Sequence record: CM055507.1
Reading direction: 5' to 3' (one strand)
Length of the DNA stretch: 32,000 nt
Position 1 is the first letter of the stretch. Every line of letters begins with the position of its first letter. The position numbers were made by a program, and so were the translations under genes. Positions 27,600 through 32,000 of the stretch are shown here, in pieces. The notes beneath the pieces were generated by a model. The model was not told the DNA's origin, did no database searches, and saw only the letters and a list, made by a program, of their open reading frames with translations.

Positions 27600-27645
27600 T
27601 CCCAAAAAATGGACTAAAACGAAGTTTTTAGTCCATTTTTTGGGA
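27600..27645. repeat. Nested family A hairpins
   Basis: The outer arms tcccaaaaaat / attttttggga enclose the inner ggactaaaac-gaa-gtttttagtcc (one extra T in the inner 3' arm). Confidence 0.88.
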
Positions 27646-27664
27646 CCAAATTTTACAAATTTGG
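27646..27664. repeat. SDR family B hairpin abutting the nested A element
   Basis: ccaaattt-tac-aaatttgg. Confidence 0.88.
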
Positions 27665-27830
27665 GGACAGTAATTAGGAAAGAATTGGGAACCTACTATG
27701 TTTGTGAGCATAGGACTCAAAACGGTTTTGGTGAATAAGAGGACCAAACTAAAAAAATGCGGTCGAAGGCTATAGCAGACCATTTAGTACTTTATTTAAT
27801 TTGCACAATAGAACTAAAACCACAGTTAGT

Positions 27831-27883
27831 CCTGTTCCCAAAAACCTCGTTTAGTCCCAAAAACAAAGTTTTTGGGAACAGGA
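27831..27883. repeat. Family A with duplicated 5' arm; rpoC1 5' leader
   Basis: cctgttcccaaaaac ... tcccaaaaac-aaa-gtttttgggaacagg. The single 3' arm can pair with a proximal 10-nt arm or a distal 15-nt arm. Confidence 0.88.
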
Positions 27884-27927
27884 GTATTTGAAAAAAATCG
27901 GAACGTTACTGGTAAGGGAACACAATT

Positions 27928-30414
27928 ATGAATAGAAAAAAAGGTCGACTTTTTCAAAAATTAGAAATAGGTGTCGCATCCCCAAAACAAATTCGACAAT
28001 GGGCCGAACGTTTCCTTCCAAATGGAGAAACAGTTGGTGAGGTCGTGAGTTGGGAAACAGTTAACTATAAAACTTTAAAACCAGAACCAAACGGCCTATT
28101 TTGTCAAAAAATTTTTGGCCCGATCGTTGATTTCACCTGTGCTTGTGGGAAAAAATCAACAAAAGTCCAACCAGGGTTTTGCCCAAAATGTGGGGTAGAA
28201 AGAACACATTCACGAGTTCGACGATATCGGCTTGGTTATATCAAATTGAAACAACCTGTTGTTCATCCTCTATATGCTTCACACAGACCATCTCCTTTAA
28301 GTTTATGTTTAAATTGGTCAACCAAGCGTGTTCAAGCTGTTATGAAAACAGCAGAATTTTGCAGTCTTTCTCAGACTTTTACAATTTTTCGTTCCAATGT
28401 AGAATCACAGCATTATTTCCAAAAGCATGAAAGCGGTAGATACAAGCCCAACCTGTTTGGGGAAAACATTGAACTAAATGAAATTTCAGCAACCAAAAAC
28501 GGAATTGGTTCGTTTACCAAAGATTTCATTTTTGGTTCTTCGCAAATTAGACCTGAAAAAAGAAATGATTTTAGTACAGGCCACAATTTAACAAAAGAAA
28601 TTCCAAAAAAACGGAGTTTAAAACCTCGGTTATTTAAAACAAAAAAAGAGTCTAAAATTCCACTTTTGATTTTCAACCAGGGAAATCTAGAAACACGTTT
28701 ATATGGTATTGCTTATGATGCTACTTGGCGACAAGTTGAAGAATTTCAAGAATTTTTATTTTATTTATGGGAACAGTCATTTTCTTATGAATCGGGTATT
28801 CCTTATTACGCTTTTACAAAGCCAATTAAAAATCAAACTCGAGAAATTCCGAAACATGATCAAGCCTATGCAATTCAAACAGGCGGTTTTGCTTTTCAGC
28901 AAATTCTTTCATATTTAGATGGAGCAAGATTACAAAAAGAACTTGCAACTCATTATGTTCAATTGCAGGGATATGTTCGATTTATTCATGAAAAAATTGC
29001 AGCTTTGGATTTGAGCTTAGTAGAAGATCGGAAAGAATTCAAACGCTTACGAATTAAACTAAATCGCCTGCAACAACTGCAACTTAAGTGTAAACGTCAA
29101 ATAGAAACATTTCGTGACTTCGAGCAAGCTAATATGCAACCTGCTTGGATGATATTAAGTTATTTACCTGTTTTACCACCAGGATTACGGCCTATTACTT
29201 CGATTCGTGGTGAATTAATTGTTTCAGATATTAATACTCTGTATCGAAAAGTTTTAATACGAAATAAACGGATTACTCGCGGAGCTAATTTCGGTGTTTT
29301 TGATACTGCGTTAAGTGGAAGTTGGCTTTCGTGGTGTTATAACGTAAGACAAGTTCAAGAAGCTGTTGATGAACTTTTAAAAACAGGAAGTGTAGAATCA
29401 GGAAAACCTTTAAAATCTCTTCTCGATGGTTTAAAAGGGAAACAAGGCCGTTTCAGACAACATTTACTTGGAAAAAGAGTAGATTATTCAGGTCGATCCG
29501 TAATTGTAGTAGGTCCACAGTTAAAAATCCATCAATGTGGCTTGCCGAAACAAATGGCTATAGAACTTTTTCAACCGTTTATTATCCAAAAACTGCGAAA
29601 AAAAGGAATTGTCTTTACAACAACTGCAGCAAAAGCTTTAATTGCGGAACGAAAACCAATTGTTTGGTCGATTTTGAGCGAAATTTTAAAAACTCATCCA
29701 ATTTTGCTAAACCGTGCTCCTACGTTACACCGTTTAGGTATTCAAGCTTTTTTACCTCAGCTTGTTGAAGGAAAAGCTATTTTATTACATCCATTAGTTT
29801 GTCCCGCCTTTAACGCAGATTTTGATGGTGATCAAATGGCAGTTCATGTTCCACTTTCGGCTACAACCAGAGCCGAAGCTCTTAATTTATTATGGTCGAG
29901 AAATAACTTGTTAGCACCTTCTTCTGGCCAACCACTGCTTCTTCCAACACAAGATATGGTTTTAGGCTTTTATTATTTAACATGTTCTCAAGAAAAAGTT
30001 CTTAAAGGCTTAGAAAGTCTTATTCCTAGTAGGAAAGCTTTACTACAAAATAAGCAATTTTTTGAAGAAACGAAAGGACTGTATTTTTCAGATTTTTCTC
30101 AAGTTAAAGCTGCCTATGATCGTGGATTTCTGTCTTTACATACTCCAATTTGGGTCAAATGGTCAGGTTGTATTCAAACATTTTTTACAGAAAATCAAGC
30201 TCGGACAAAAGATAGTGTAATTGAAACGCGACTAGACCTTTCTGGGCGCGGAGAAACATTATTTTTAGAGAGTTGCTATCTTTGGAGTAGAAAAAGTCCT
30301 CTAGCAAATAGTTCTAAAAAATTTCATTTTGTACGAACTACAACGGGAAGAGTTTTAATGCATTCCTGGATTTTTCAAGGTGGTGGTTTTATTCAATCGA
30401 TTTCACCAACGTAA
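27928..30414 (+). CDS. rpoC1: RNA polymerase beta' subunit (N-terminal part, RpoC1), expanded
   Basis: 828 aa. Zinc-binding CACGK...CPKCGVE, LPVLPPGLRP, GKRVDYSGRSVIVVGP, NRAPTLHRLGIQAF and the catalytic NADFDGDQMAVHVP motif are present. Confidence 0.97.
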   Translation: MNRKKGRLFQKLEIGVASPKQIRQWAERFLPNGETVGEVVSWETVNYKTLKPEPNGLFCQKIFGPIVDFTCACGKKSTKVQPGFCPKCGVERTHSRVRRYRLGYIKLKQPVVHPLYASHRPSPLSLCLNWSTKRVQAVMKTAEFCSLSQTFTIFRSNVESQHYFQKHESGRYKPNLFGENIELNEISATKNGIGSFTKDFIFGSSQIRPEKRNDFSTGHNLTKEIPKKRSLKPRLFKTKKESKIPLLIFNQGNLETRLYGIAYDATWRQVEEFQEFLFYLWEQSFSYESGIPYYAFTKPIKNQTREIPKHDQAYAIQTGGFAFQQILSYLDGARLQKELATHYVQLQGYVRFIHEKIAALDLSLVEDRKEFKRLRIKLNRLQQLQLKCKRQIETFRDFEQANMQPAWMILSYLPVLPPGLRPITSIRGELIVSDINTLYRKVLIRNKRITRGANFGVFDTALSGSWLSWCYNVRQVQEAVDELLKTGSVESGKPLKSLLDGLKGKQGRFRQHLLGKRVDYSGRSVIVVGPQLKIHQCGLPKQMAIELFQPFIIQKLRKKGIVFTTTAAKALIAERKPIVWSILSEILKTHPILLNRAPTLHRLGIQAFLPQLVEGKAILLHPLVCPAFNADFDGDQMAVHVPLSATTRAEALNLLWSRNNLLAPSSGQPLLLPTQDMVLGFYYLTCSQEKVLKGLESLIPSRKALLQNKQFFEETKGLYFSDFSQVKAAYDRGFLSLHTPIWVKWSGCIQTFFTENQARTKDSVIETRLDLSGRGETLFLESCYLWSRKSPLANSSKKFHFVRTTTGRVLMHSWIFQGGGFIQSISPT

Positions 30415-30539
30415 AACAGTTTCTTTCCTCAATTTTCGAGTTTCGGGCCTAGTTTCTTTAATCCCAATTTTAGCTTTTTTAGTTATTTTTTGAGGCTTTA
30501 GGGTACCTGAACTTAGCCTAAAATTAAACAAAACAAATC

Positions 30540-30564
30540 ATCCCAAAATTTAAGATTTTGGGAT
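30540..30564. repeat. SDR family A variant hairpin
   Basis: atcccaaaat-ttaag-attttgggat, perfect 10 bp. Confidence 0.9.
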
Positions 30565-30584
30565 CCTAATGGGGCTAAATTTGG

Positions 30585-30629
30585 TCCCAAAAACTGTACC
30601 AAAACATTGTTTTGGTACAGTTTTTGGGA
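30585..30629. repeat. Nested family A hairpins forming a perfect 21-bp stem
   Basis: tcccaaaaactgtaccaaaac-att-gttttggtacagtttttggga. Confidence 0.93.
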
Positions 30630-30856
30630 ATGGTAGGGCAAATTTCTTTTTGAGGTATAGATCTAGTTTCTTAAATTTAGGATTCAATTTAAAGGTTACT
30701 GGGCTGATAAAAACTTCGTTTTTTTCACCAAGTTTTTTTTTAATTTTTTGGTAAAAATTTAGTAGAAGTTTGAAATATCTTTGAAAAACTTAATAAAAAG
30801 ATTGACTGAAACTCCGAGAAAAGACAAACAACATTCTCAAAAGAGGAAATCAAATT

Positions 30857-32000
30857 ATGACGAATCAAAATAAAACAAAATCCACTATGTCTAGTCCCAT
30901 TCCCAAAAACGATATTTTGGGGACAAACGAATTTGGGGGAGAGAAAAAATCGTCACAAAAGATTTTTTTCAATACATGTTTTGATAAAAATCACCTCAAA
31001 ACATTAATCGCATGGTTTTTAGAGCAATATGGTGAAAAAGTAACAGTAGATCTTGTCGAAACTTTAAAACAAGTAGGGTTTCATCAAGCCACACGTGCTG
31101 GCGTCTCATTAGGGGTCGATGATTTAAAAATCCCACCTCAAAAAAACACACTTCTTTCTCAAGCATCCATGAAAATGAATGCAGTAACCAATTCAATTCA
31201 AACAGGAAATTTGACTAGTGTTGAAAAATCTCAACGTCTTATTGATACTTGGAATCAAACAAGTGAAACTTTGCGTCAAACAGCTGTTCATAATTTTCGT
31301 ACCACCAATCCCGTAAATCCGGTTTACATGATGGCTTTTTCAGGTGCGAGGGGAAATATTTCACAAGTACGTCAATTAGTTGCTATGAGAGGATTAATGG
31401 CCGATCCCCAAGGCGCTATTTTAGAATTTCCAATTCAAAGTAATTTTCGTGAAGGGTTAACAGTAACAGAATATCTGATTTCTTGTTATGGTGCCCGAAA
31501 AGGGTTAGTCGATACAGCTTTACGTACAGCAACATCTGGATATCTTACCCGACGTTTAGTGGATGCTGTTCAACATGTTGTAGTTCATGTTGCTGATTGT
31601 CAGACAAAAAAAGGTCTTGTAATTAAAGATAAAAATCTTGAACAACGATTGATTGGTCGCGTTCTTTTCCAAGATATTACTTTAGATAGAAAAACTATTA
31701 TAAAGAAAAATACTCTGATTTCACATCGTTTGGCGAAACAAATTGCATCTGAATACAAAGAAATTGTTGTACGATCACCCCTAACATGCCAAACTGAAAA
31801 ATCTGTATGTCAACTTTGTTATGGTTTAGATTTGTCGCAAGGTAAATTGGTAAGTATTGGTGAAGCTGTTGGAATTCTGGCCGCTCAATCAATTGGAGAA
31901 CCGGGAACACAATTGACAATGCGAACTTTCCATACGGGCGGGGTTGGTGTTTTTTCAGAGCAAGCAATGAAATCTTTTACGGCTCCTTTCGAAGGAAAGA
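30857..32000 (+). CDS. rpoC2: RNA polymerase beta'' subunit (RpoC2), 5' part; runs off the window end
   Basis: Not in the track (open at the window edge). My translation from ATG 30857 is [23 protein letters not shown]...[58 protein letters not shown]...[29 protein letters not shown]...GYLTRRLVD...[28 protein letters not shown]. There is no stop through 32000. An alternative ATG is at 30887. Confidence 0.93.
   Translation, partial: MTNQNKTKSTMSSPIPKNDILGTNEFGGEKKSSQKIFFNTCFDKNHLKTLIAWFLEQYGEKVTVDLVETLKQVGFHQATRAGVSLGVDDLKIPPQKNTLLSQASMKMNAVTNSIQTGNLTSVEKSQRLIDTWNQTSETLRQTAVHNFRTTNPVNPVYMMAFSGARGNISQVRQLVAMRGLMADPQGAILEFPIQSNFREGLTVTEYLISCYGARKGLVDTALRTATSGYLTRRLVDAVQHVVVHVADCQTKKGLVIKDKNLEQRLIGRVLFQDITLDRKTIIKKNTLISHRLAKQIASEYKEIVVRSPLTCQTEKSVCQLCYGLDLSQGKLVSIGEAVGILAAQSIGEPGTQLTMRTFHTGGVGVFSEQAMKSFTAPFEGK
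30902..30921. repeat. Family A-like hairpin inside the rpoC2 5' coding leader
   Basis: cccaaaa-acgata-ttttggg, read in frame as PKNDILG. Confidence 0.75.

Noticed and set aside
27529-27738. Track ORFs 27529..27738 (+) and 30569..30754 (+)
   Set aside because: Both read through nested SDR hairpins in the rpoB-rpoC1 and rpoC1-rpoC2 spacers. They are repeat translations.
1-32000. Whether the regularly recurring 20-25-nt palindromes could be a CRISPR array
   Set aside because: The copies are dispersed over the whole window at irregular distances, from tens of bp to several kb. They lie between and inside genes, are degenerate, occur in both composite orientations, and have no cas genes. This is a plastid genome.
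1-32000. A novel prokaryotic defence, toxin-antitoxin or mobile-element system
   Set aside because: Every sizeable ORF is a standard plastid housekeeping or photosynthesis gene. No transposase, integrase, nuclease, reverse transcriptase or unexplained multi-gene cluster is visible. Claiming such a system would be invention.

Overview
This window is a plastid (chloroplast) genome fragment from a chlorophyte green alga; it is not a bacterial accessory region. I can support 26 protein genes, 9 tRNA genes and one group I intron. The ribosomal-protein cluster is rpl23-rpl2-rps19-rps3-rpl16-rpl14 on the minus strand, and rpl22 is absent from it. The remaining protein genes are cemA, ycf4, rpl19, tufA, rps7, an uninterrupted rps12, psaJ, rps18, rpl20, psbM, psbH, psbN, psbT, psbB, clpP, petB, petD, rpoB, rpoC1 and the 5' part of rpoC2. 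The tRNAs are P-UGG, W-CCA, E-UUC, fM-CAU, G-GCC, S-UGA, Y-GUA, C-GCA and L-UAA, and trnL-UAA carries the classical group I intron. A plastid-encoded tufA and rpl19, intron-less petB/petD/clpP and the missing rpl22 point to a core chlorophyte (trebouxiophyte or ulvophyte type). I cannot name the species from the sequence alone. The DNA is visibly AT-rich. The striking non-genic signal is that almost every spacer longer than about 100 bp holds short palindromic dispersed repeats (SDRs). They fall into two related families. Family A is CCCAAAAAC-N3-5-GTTTTTGGG. Family B is CC(C/T)CAAATTT-N3-AAATTTG(G/A)GG. The two often occur together as an oriented B-then-A module, are sometimes nested inside one another, and in three places lie in frame inside rpoB or rpoC2 coding sequence. 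I see no CRISPR array, transposase, defence operon or other evidence of a novel multi-gene system. SDRs are a known property of several chlorophyte plastomes, so the possibly new material is their detailed architecture here: the bipartite module, the nesting, self-complementary but copy-specific outer stems, and exonisation. All coordinates were derived by hand from the printed sequence. No database search, folding or statistics could be run.
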